Positions 1 through 7,678 of a stretch of DNA of 64,000 nt are shown one piece after another. The first letter of the stretch is position 1, and every line of letters begins with the position of its first letter. A model generated the notes under the pieces. The model was not told the DNA's origin. It worked only from the letters and a program-made list of their open reading frames with translations, and ran no database searches. This stretch comes from an uncultured delta proteobacterium. GTDB lineage: Bacteria > Desulfobacterota > Syntrophia > Syntrophales > UBA5619. Made by a program: the position numbers and the translations under genes. The stretch is from contig CAWFOM010000031.1 of the NCBI GenBank assembly GCA_963817385.1, positions 64,001-128,000 on the forward strand, in the 5' to 3' direction.

Positions 1-1
1 C

Positions 2-166
2 TTCCTCCTGTGCACGGCCATCTTCATCGGTTTTCTGCTGAGGACCGTGGAGCCGCAGCGCTGGCCCGTGGTAATTGTCGGGGCCGTCGCGACGACCCTC
101 GCGACGTTCGCCATTTTCGATCTCTGGCTGAAGACGCAGCTTCCCCAGGGCCCCTGGGGCTTTTAA
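2..166 (+). CDS. Tripartite tricarboxylate transporter TctB family protein, C-terminal part (5' truncated by window)
   Basis: Own translation of frame 2: FLLCTAIFIGFLLRTVEPQRWPVVIVGAVATTLATFAIFDLWLKTQLPQGPWGF*. It is hydrophobic, has the typical ...LPxG C-terminus and lies directly upstream of tctA. Confidence 0.8.
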   Translation, partial: FLLCTAIFIGFLLRTVEPQRWPVVIVGAVATTLATFAIFDLWLKTQLPQGPWGF

Positions 167-175
167 GGAGCGGCC

Positions 176-1687
176 ATGGATTATCTTCAAAGCATCATCC
201 TGGGCTTCCAGGTCGCCCTGCAGTGGAACAACCTCCTGTTCTGCTTTATCGGGGTCTTGATCGGCACCCTGGTCGGAGTGCTGCCGGGACTGGGGCCGGT
301 GGCGGCCATCTCGCTGCTTCTGCCCACGACCTTCCACGTGACCCCTGTCTCCGCGATTATCATGCTCGCCGGAATTTACTACGGGGCGATGTACGGCGGC
401 TCCACCACCTCCATCCTGGTAAATATCCCCGGGGAAGCAGCATCGGTTGTCACCTGCCTGGACGGCTACCAGATGGCCCGGAAGGGAAGGGCCGGGCCGG
501 CGCTCGGTATCTCGGCCTTCGCTTCTTTCATTGCCGGCACGATGGGGGTCGTCGGGTTGATGCTGATCGCCCCGCCGCTCGCCGAGATGGCCTTGAAGTT
601 CGGGCCGCCGGAATATTTCGCCCTGATGATCATGGGTCTGACGATCCTCACGTTCCTGGCCAGCGGCCCGATGTGGAAGGCCCTGCTGATGGCCGCTTTC
701 GGCCTTTTTCTGGGCTCCATCGGGTTGGACTCCATGACCGCGTCGGCGCGCTTTACGATGAATATCGTCGAGCTCTCCGACGGCGTCGGCATGGTCCCCG
801 CGGTCATGGGCCTTTTCGGCATCGCCGAGGTCCTGCTCAACGTGGAGCAATCGATCAAGCGGACGGTCTTTGAAACCAAGATCCAGCATCTGCTGCCCAC
901 CTTACAGGACTGGAAGGATTCGATCTGGGCGATCTTCCGCGGGACGGTTATCGGCTTTTTTCTCGGGGTCCTGCCGGGCGGGGGGGCCGTCATCTCCTCC
1001 TTCGTCTCCTATGCCGTGGAGAAGAAGGTCTCCAAGTCCCCGGAGAAGTTCGGCACCGGCATGATCCAGGGCGTGGCCGGCCCGGAGGCCGCCAACAACG
1101 CCGCCACGGGGGGCGCATTCATCCCGCTGCTCACGCTCGGGATTCCGGCCAACTCGGTGATGGCCATCCTGCTGGGGGCGATGATGGTCCACGGTATGCA
1201 GCCGGGGCCGATGCTGGTCCAGGAGCAACCGGGCCTCTTCTGGGGGGCGGTGACCTCCATGTACATCGGCAACGTCATGCTCCTGATCCTGAACCTGCCG
1301 CTGATCGGGCTGTGGGTCCGGATACTCAAAGTCCCGTACCCGATCCTTTTTCCGCTGATCCTGCTCTTCTGCCTGATCGGCGCCTACAGTCTCAACAACA
1401 GCGTCATTGAAGTCCTGATCATGGTCGGCTTCGGGCTCCTGGGGTATCTCTTCAAGAAATTCGAATACGAGGCGGCGCCTCTGATTTTGGCATTGGTCCT
1501 GGGGCCCATGCTGGAGGCCGCCCTCCGCCGCTCCCTCCTGCTCTCGGCGGGAAGCCCCCTGATTTTCATCACCCGCCCGATTTCCGGTGTTCTGATGCTG
1601 ATCTCATTCATCCTCTTGGCCTATCCGCTGGTGCCCTGGCTGCGCCGGAAGCGGGCCATCCTCCCCCAGGTAGGCGATGAGGACTGA
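176..1687 (+). CDS. tctA: Tripartite tricarboxylate transporter large permease TctA
   Basis: GVLPGLGP, YYGAMYGGSTTSILVNIPGE and PEAANNA..G..IPLLTLGIP motifs; RBS AAGGAG. Confidence 0.95.
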   Translation: MDYLQSIILGFQVALQWNNLLFCFIGVLIGTLVGVLPGLGPVAAISLLLPTTFHVTPVSAIIMLAGIYYGAMYGGSTTSILVNIPGEAASVVTCLDGYQMARKGRAGPALGISAFASFIAGTMGVVGLMLIAPPLAEMALKFGPPEYFALMIMGLTILTFLASGPMWKALLMAAFGLFLGSIGLDSMTASARFTMNIVELSDGVGMVPAVMGLFGIAEVLLNVEQSIKRTVFETKIQHLLPTLQDWKDSIWAIFRGTVIGFFLGVLPGGGAVISSFVSYAVEKKVSKSPEKFGTGMIQGVAGPEAANNAATGGAFIPLLTLGIPANSVMAILLGAMMVHGMQPGPMLVQEQPGLFWGAVTSMYIGNVMLLILNLPLIGLWVRILKVPYPILFPLILLFCLIGAYSLNNSVIEVLIMVGFGLLGYLFKKFEYEAAPLILALVLGPMLEAALRRSLLLSAGSPLIFITRPISGVLMLISFILLAYPLVPWLRRKRAILPQVGDED

Positions 1688-1718
1688 TTCGAATGAAATA
1701 AGCGGGGGGAATGAAACC

Positions 1719-2843
1719 ATGTCCTTGTATGTCGATCACTTAATGAAACAGCAGGACGCCATGATCGCGATGTTGCGCGACATGGTGGAGATGGAGACCC
1801 CATCGAACGACAAACAGGCGGTGCATCGGTTGGCGCAGTATATGGCGGGTCGGTTCGCCCAAATCGGCGCCGATGTCGAATTTTTACCGCCGAACGCCGG
1901 CGACCATCTGCGGGCCTCCTGGGGCGGCGGCGATGAGCAGGTCCTGGTCCTGTGCCATCTGGATACCGTCTGGCCGGTAGGGGAACTTGCCAGGCGCCCT
2001 TTCCGCATAGAGGACGACAGGGCTTACGGGCCGGGCGTCTATGACATGAAAGGGGGGACAGTCCAGGCCTTTTTTGCACTGAAAGCGATCATCGAACTCA
2101 ACGTCCGGCCGGCCCACAAAATAGTATTCCTGTGCACTCCCGATGAGGAATCCGGCAGTATGAGTTCGCGGGCGCTGATCGAGGAGGAAGCTCTGCGCAG
2201 CCGCTTCGTCCTCGTTCCGGAACCGGCGTCCGGGGCCGCCGGCGCCGTAAAACTGACCCGAAAGGGCTGGGGCATCTATCATCTGATGGTGACCGGTCGG
2301 ACGGCCCACGCCGGCAACGACCACGAAAAAGGCATCAGCGCGGTCACCGAACTCGCCCACCAGATTCTGAAACTGCAGGCGCTGACAAATTATTCCGCCG
2401 GGACCACCGTCAACGTCGGGGTTATCACCGGCGGCATTGTCGTCAATATGGTGCCGGACAAAGCCGAAGCCCGGATCGACCTCAGGGCTGCCAGTCATGA
2501 CGAACTGCGGAGGACCGAACAGGCGATACTGGGTCTTACTCCGGTGACACCGGGTGCGATCCTCCAAGTGACCGGCGGGATCAACCGTCCACCGCTGGAA
2601 GCGACGGAAGGAAATCTGCAATTGTACCGCAGGGCCCAACAGATCGCGGGCGACCTTGGAATAGAACTTCCCGGGGCTCATGTCGGTGGTGTAAGCGACG
2701 GCAATTTCACATCGTCGGTCGGTGTGGCTACCCTGGACGGTATCGGCGCAGTGGGAGACGGGGCGCATGCCGTGCACGAATACCTCGAACTGAAGTCGAT
2801 GGCGCCGCGGGCGGCGCTGGTCGCTCGTCTGCTGACGGAATGA
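1719..2843 (+). CDS. M20 family metallopeptidase (glutamate carboxypeptidase/CPG2-like)
   Basis: HLDTVWP, GVYDMKGG, DEESGS, HAG, SDGNF and HAVHE motifs; probable start ATG at 1719. Confidence 0.9.
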   Translation: MSLYVDHLMKQQDAMIAMLRDMVEMETPSNDKQAVHRLAQYMAGRFAQIGADVEFLPPNAGDHLRASWGGGDEQVLVLCHLDTVWPVGELARRPFRIEDDRAYGPGVYDMKGGTVQAFFALKAIIELNVRPAHKIVFLCTPDEESGSMSSRALIEEEALRSRFVLVPEPASGAAGAVKLTRKGWGIYHLMVTGRTAHAGNDHEKGISAVTELAHQILKLQALTNYSAGTTVNVGVITGGIVVNMVPDKAEARIDLRAASHDELRRTEQAILGLTPVTPGAILQVTGGINRPPLEATEGNLQLYRRAQQIAGDLGIELPGAHVGGVSDGNFTSSVGVATLDGIGAVGDGAHAVHEYLELKSMAPRAALVARLLTE

Positions 2844-3131
2844 GGGACGCCGGCGGTTGCGCCGAACACCCCGCGGCTCCCCCGCGGCGCAGCGATATCA
2901 CCGACTGACGGTTTGCATCGGATCGGATTCGGTTTGACCGGGAGCGCAACCCGCAGGCCCCGCCTTGTAGACGGAGATAAAGGTCGCAATAAAAAAATAT
3001 CGTTTCATCCGGTTGGCGCCTTCTTTCATGATCAAGGATGAGATCAAAGCCCAATAGCATGCAACGTCACTACAAGTTAGTGAAAATGCAAATCATAATA
3101 ACTAATTAGTACTGTTTGAAATGCGCAAAAA

Positions 3132-3161
3132 AATGGCAGGCCCATTGCTGAACCTGCCATT
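3132..3161 (-). terminator. Intrinsic terminator downstream of the DUF3303-like gene
   Basis: AATGGCAGG...CCTGCCATT stem preceded by an A-run on + (U-tract on -). Confidence 0.7.
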
Positions 3162-3194
3162 AAAGAAGAAACGTAAAACTCGATTTATTATTTT

Positions 3195-3470
3195 TTACTC
3201 TTTGCCTTTTTCCGCCGGGAATAATTCTGCCGTATCAAGTATTGGAACAACCTGCTCGCTCATGAGATCGCTCCATCCCATGACGGATGTCATGATGGCT
3301 TTGGGATCATTTGCCTCACAGATCATGAAACCTCTGCCGCCGCCAACATCAAGCCATTCGTGGACCTTTTTCACTCCCTCAGCGAGAGCGGGGCCTTTTT
3401 TTTCCATACGTCTTTTAATCAGCGCATCTCTCTGCTCAGGTTTCCATGTGTAAATATTCATGAAAAGCAT
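3195..3470 (-). CDS. DUF3303-like small protein
   Basis: MLFMNIYTW...W.DVGGGRGF...WSDLM...PI pattern; RBS AGGAGG. Confidence 0.75.
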   Translation of the reverse strand: MLFMNIYTWKPEQRDALIKRRMEKKGPALAEGVKKVHEWLDVGGGRGFMICEANDPKAIMTSVMGWSDLMSEQVVPILDTAELFPAEKGKE

Positions 3471-3680
3471 ATGTGACCTCCTTTTTTAATCAATCTTGCA
3501 GACATATGAAAAGCGATAATACCCTTTCCTGGATGATTTGATTCCCCAAGCCGCGCTTGGCGTGGTCAGGACACGGGTAAATTAACCCCCCGGAAGAATC
3601 GAGTTCTTCCCGAATTCTTATGACGCATGGCGATCCTCGTACCGGCGGGTGCGTTCTCTAACGCTTTTATCAAATCATCG

Positions 3681-4061
3681 TCAGGCTTCGGCTGGCCGAT
3701 TGACGTAGAAGTAGATCCACGCCACGGCAAAAACCACCCAAATGAGTACGCTGACCCACCCAAACACTGGGGCACCGCGGAAGAGCAATCCCCACAATCC
3801 CCCGACGGTGCTCAGCACAGTCAAGGCGATCTCCATCAGGACGAGGATCCGGACTTCTTCCCACCGCACCCCGTGGTACCCGAACCACGAACTCACGGCC
3901 AATGCCAACAAGGCCGCTCCATAGACTCGGGTCATGTTCGCGTCGTACGGGGCCCAGTCGACCATTTTAGCCCACAGCCCCGGCTGCAGATACAGCAAAA
4001 GACCGAAGACGAGCGCGACAATGGCATGAATGAGAAACGTGATCTTCAGGCCTCTCGACAT
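3681..4061 (-). CDS. Hypothetical 4-TM membrane protein
   Basis: Four hydrophobic segments; RBS GGAGGTG upstream of the ATG. Confidence 0.75.
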   Translation of the reverse strand: MSRGLKITFLIHAIVALVFGLLLYLQPGLWAKMVDWAPYDANMTRVYGAALLALAVSSWFGYHGVRWEEVRILVLMEIALTVLSTVGGLWGLLFRGAPVFGWVSVLIWVVFAVAWIYFYVNRPAEA

Positions 4062-4100
4062 TTGACACCTCCCTCATTTGCAGGTTGGCTTTATTGAAAT

Positions 4101-4195
4101 CAAAGACAAAAGCCTCCGAGGAGTTTGAGTAACTTCCACGGAGGCTTCATATCGGCACCTTCCGATAAATCCTTTTCACGGCGGACGCCAGAAGG
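4101..4195 (-). promoter_or_regulatory. Structured 5' leader with intrinsic terminator (candidate attenuator/riboswitch)
   Basis: On -: GGCGTCC..GGTGCC stem, then AAGCCTCCGTGGA..TCCTCGGAGGCTT hairpin plus TTGTCTTT, about 40 nt before the start codon at 4061. Confidence 0.55.
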
Positions 4196-4236
4196 TTAAG
4201 GGGAAGGTTGATGGGTTTACTGAGCGATAAGAGAAA

Positions 4237-4529
4237 CTATCTGTAATCAATGCTCTTATGCGAATGGAAAGTCAAGGGGATAATTGCCCCGTTTTCATCA
4301 TCGATTACTATTCGAAAGGGTGGGACTTCGTCAGAATTGTCGTATGCTTTGTTACAGTCGATAATGATCAAGATTCGATGAGAAAAGAATTTTGTATCAG
4401 GATGATATGCGTCATATGTAACCCCAAAGACCTCTCTGTTACAATCGATTATACTGAATGATTTTATTTCCCATGCAGGACGTCCATCCACCGGATTGCC
4501 AACGCACAGATTGATTTTCTTGTTTTCAT
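4237..4529 (-). pseudogene. Hypothetical protein, possibly frameshifted near its 5' end
   Basis: ATG (MKTRKSICALAIR) at 4529 is out of frame with the 84-aa ORF 4237..4491; AT-rich; no recognisable family. Confidence 0.3.
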
Positions 4530-4854
4530 AATGTCCCTTGGATGAATAAGGTTTCCCTTTTGTGGAAGTGAAAAAGGAAGACTTCCCCCTCCCCCAGTGT
4601 GAATGCCTTTAAAAATAGCCCCGTCTTTGCACTAGTGCTGTACGCGCTTACGTGCAAATCGACCTATCTTTTTTGGGAAGACATAAGTGTATAAAGCATA
4701 TCGGATGAGCCCCGGGAAAATTCGAGATTTAACCGTAAGAATTACGGGTATTTTTTTGCAGAGGGAGCCGACCATGGTTTGCGGTACATCACCAAATCAA
4801 TCTAATATCTTGGAATCATGAGTATCGTGGATAATATTCCTCTATGTGGCACAA

Positions 4855-4870
4855 TGGTACGGCTATTGCT
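4855..4870 (+). promoter_or_regulatory. Sigma54 -24/-12 promoter upstream of GGDEF gene
   Basis: TGGTACGGCTATTGCT = GG-N10-GC; palindrome CCGTAA-gaa-TTACGG about 110 bp upstream could be an enhancer. Confidence 0.7.
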
Positions 4871-4932
4871 CAAGGGATGATATATTAAGCCCAGAGGATA
4901 GCAAGCCGAGGCACTCGGCGGCCTACTTATCT

Positions 4933-5589
4933 ATGAACAGAAAACCCACCTATAAGGAACTTAAGCAAAAAATCAGAGAGCTCGAAGAACAATTAATTAT
5001 ACACAGTCGCGCAGAGCAGGCATTGAGGGAGAGCGAAAATAGATACCGTGATCTCAGTATTATTGATGATCTCACCCAGCTCTATAATTGTCGACATTTT
5101 TATCATCAGCTTAAAATGGAGATCGAGCGCGTTGACCGGTACGGACAGCCCTTGACCATGCTGCTTCTCGATCTTGACGATTTCAAACGATTTAACGATG
5201 TCTACGGTCACATCGAGGGAGATCAGGTCTTATCACGGCTCGGCCAAGTGATCAAACAATGCCTGCGCCAGTCAGATTCTGCCTATCGCTACGGAGGAGA
5301 AGAGTTCACCATCCTCCTGCCAATGACGACGGACATGGATGGCACTGTTATAGCGGAAAGGATTCGGACGCAGTTCAAGAAGGAACATTTCTTCCCAAAA
5401 CCTCGCCACGACGCCCACATGACAGTGAGCATCGGCCTTGCGCAATACGAGCCAGGGGAAGACATGAAGGTCTATGTTCATAGAGTTGACCAGCTTATGT
5501 ATGAGGCTAAGGAGAAGGGAAAAAACATGATTTGTTGGCCAGGGCGCCCAACTTTTTATCAACAGCAAGTTCTATTTTCACTTCAGTAG
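4933..5589 (+). CDS. Diguanylate cyclase (short coiled coil + GGDEF domain)
   Basis: DDLTQLYN, DLDDFKRFNDVYGHIEGD, RxxD I-site (RQSD) and RYGGEEF; probable start 4933. Confidence 0.92.
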   Translation: MNRKPTYKELKQKIRELEEQLIIHSRAEQALRESENRYRDLSIIDDLTQLYNCRHFYHQLKMEIERVDRYGQPLTMLLLDLDDFKRFNDVYGHIEGDQVLSRLGQVIKQCLRQSDSAYRYGGEEFTILLPMTTDMDGTVIAERIRTQFKKEHFFPKPRHDAHMTVSIGLAQYEPGEDMKVYVHRVDQLMYEAKEKGKNMICWPGRPTFYQQQVLFSLQ

Positions 5590-5607
5590 AAGGATCTCAA
5601 GATATTG

Positions 5608-6063
5608 CTAAGGGGCAATCGTTATGCTGACTTCGTTCGAATACACGCTTTCGTTACTGACTGCGTTATATGCGGTAACGGCAAAATAATATGTCTGTCT
5701 GCCAATGAGGTTGCTAATTGTATAGCTCGTTGCATTACCGACGTCTATGGCGTGTAAATAGGTACCGGAGGCCGTTCCGTAGTGTATCATGTAGCCGGCA
5801 ACGTCAGTGGAAATATCCGGTGGATCCCATGCCAGTTTTGCTTGGCCAATGGGGGAGTTGGTGGTCGGTGTTGAAGCTACTCCGTCGGAGGAGTTCGTAG
5901 TTGGTGTTGAAGCCCCTCCGTCAGGGGTGTTTGTGGCCGGTGTTGAAGCCCCCCCACCACAGGAAGACACCATCGTGCTGATGGCAAAAACCGCTATTAT
6001 GATGACATAACGGCGTAAAGAGTTTCTGAAGTCCGCCTTCATGTTGCCGATCATTAACAGCAA
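5608..6063 (-). CDS. Lipoprotein with Thr/Pro-rich linker and fibronectin type III domain
   Basis: Hydrophobic stretch plus lipobox VSSC; LAWD..AGYMIHYGT..TYYFAVTAY..ES.YSNEV FN3 pattern; exact start uncertain. Confidence 0.8.
   Translation of the reverse strand: MLLMIGNMKADFRNSLRRYVIIIAVFAISTMVSSCGGGASTPATNTPDGGASTPTTNSSDGVASTPTTNSPIGQAKLAWDPPDISTDVAGYMIHYGTASGTYLHAIDVGNATSYTISNLIGRQTYYFAVTAYNAVSNESVYSNEVSITIAP
5852..5955. repeat. Three imperfect 36-bp in-frame tandem repeats (GGASTPxTNxxD)
   Basis: GGTGTTGAAGC recurs at 5867, 5903 and 5939. Confidence 0.85.
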
Positions 6064-6184
6064 CGTATCAAATTCATGCGAATGAAAATTGTTCTTATCA
6101 TCTTTGTGACCTGTCTAACTCCTTTTTGGGGTTATTGATTTCTTCCTTTTTGTACGCCTATACTGGTACATGCTTCTATACACG

Positions 6185-6200
6185 AGCATAGAACGTGCCA
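6185..6200 (-). promoter_or_regulatory. Sigma54 -24/-12 promoter upstream of FN3 lipoprotein gene
   Basis: On -: TGGCACGTTCTATGCT (GG-N10-GC). Confidence 0.75.
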
Positions 6201-6733
6201 CTCACCTATAGTAGGCAAGTAAAGGTAATTATAATATAATTAATTGCCGAGTATCTATTTTAGAAGGGTTTTAAATACACATGACGAAGGCATTTCTCTA
6301 CATAAAAAAATGATAATAGATGAAGAACCAATAGGGAATTAAGACGGGCTGAATGGCTGGGTTATCATGTACCTCTTTTGTTCTGATACAGCGAAAATAA
6401 AGCCGCATCGGGAAGGCGCATAAAAAGCGTATAGAAAAATTCCGACTCAGATTTCATACCAAATCGAAGATTTACATTCGAAATGATGCATGGATTATCG
6501 CGAATAGAAAAACAACATTTCAGGAAGATAGACAGCTTTTGCAAGTACGTAAAAACCGGATGAACGAAAATAAATCTGTCCCGTTTTTCTCCCAAGCAGT
6601 AAACAGGCTCCCCCCCGGGCTTATCCTGGAGGCCTACCATCATCTATCGCATAGCGCCGCGGCGCTATCTTGACCCTTCGGCCTATAATCGCGCGTTCTT
6701 GGCGCACTGTCCCAGGAATTGCTCCCTGAAGTC

Positions 6734-7198
6734 TCACGACGAAGTAGCGTAATCGTCAATTATCAAGCAGTCAATCCCCTCGATTTTTTGAAATACCCTG
6801 TCATTACATATGAATCCGGTGGCTCCGTGCGAAATAGCCGATGCTGCCTGGATGGCGTCGGGGGTTTTGAGACGATAGTCTGCGCGCAGTTTCGCTGCCA
6901 GATCTGCAACGTTCAACGTCATAGGGATCCATGTGAGGTGAGGGTACGTGGTTAGTAAAGCGTAAAACGTGAGCACGAGGTCGTCCTTCTTAAGCCGGTA
7001 AGGTTGTACGAGAATTTCAAGCAAGGTGAGCGCGGACATCGACGCCTTGATACGCCCGTGTTCGAGGTTTTCGAATATCGATTCGCAGCACGAAAGGTAA
7101 CGGGGATGACGTTCGACAAAATAGATGAAGATACTCGTATCAAGAGAAACGGAGCGGTGCTTTTCTAAAAATACTTTGAGCGACGCCGGCGCTACCAA
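6734..7198 (-). CDS. vapC: Type II TA toxin, VapC/PIN domain
   Basis: LDTSIFIYF..E, TLLEILV and LKTPDAIQAASA..FICND motifs; overlaps upstream antitoxin. Confidence 0.9.
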   Translation of the reverse strand: MVAPASLKVFLEKHRSVSLDTSIFIYFVERHPRYLSCCESIFENLEHGRIKASMSALTLLEILVQPYRLKKDDLVLTFYALLTTYPHLTWIPMTLNVADLAAKLRADYRLKTPDAIQAASAISHGATGFICNDRVFQKIEGIDCLIIDDYATSS

Positions 7199-7410
7199 GA
7201 TTTTCGTTCCTTTTTAAGATAGGTCTTGCCATAGATGACTTTGCCGGCACCGGAGATGGCTGAACGATAACTCTCAGGTTTCGGCATAATCACAGTAACC
7301 CCGTTCTTAACCACGACGAGGAGTTCGTCCCGTCCTTTGAGCTTCATTGCATCTCTGGCTTCCTTGGGAAGAACAATCTGATTTTTTGAACTGAGTCTTA
7401 CTGTCTGCAT
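7192..7410 (-). CDS. AbrB/MazE/SpoVT family antitoxin
   Basis: LSSKNQIVLPKEAR..LK..DEL motif; ends ER.SW overlapping the toxin; RBS GGAGGTG. Confidence 0.9.
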   Translation of the reverse strand: MQTVRLSSKNQIVLPKEARDAMKLKGRDELLVVVKNGVTVIMPKPESYRSAISGAGKVIYGKTYLKKERKSW

Positions 7411-7678
7411 GAAATCACCTCCATTGGTATGGTTTTACTTTACAAGAAAAAGTAAAGCGGGTCAAGAAGAACACGAGAATCCTCCGGATGCTGTTTTTAC
7501 AGCCTGTCGCAGCATAAAAAAACGATGGCATTCTCTGCCGCTTCATGGCAAAATCCGCACGTCTCCCTTAACCGGTCTTTTGAACGGAGGGCGAGCGGCT
7601 CAGGACGCCTGTAAGTGCGGCGATTGAGGCTCTCCTGACGCGGGGAGACGCTATTTTTTGTGGACAGAGGACAGGAGG

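Noticed and set aside
5852..5955. 36-bp periodic repeats as a CRISPR array
   Set aside because: In-frame coding repeats without unique spacers; no cas genes.
6560..6670. AAATAAATCTGTCCC motif and 18-bp palindrome ATAGCGCCGCGGCGCTAT near vapC
   Set aside because: Possibly a transposon-end relic, but no partner end or transposase was found, so it cannot be supported.
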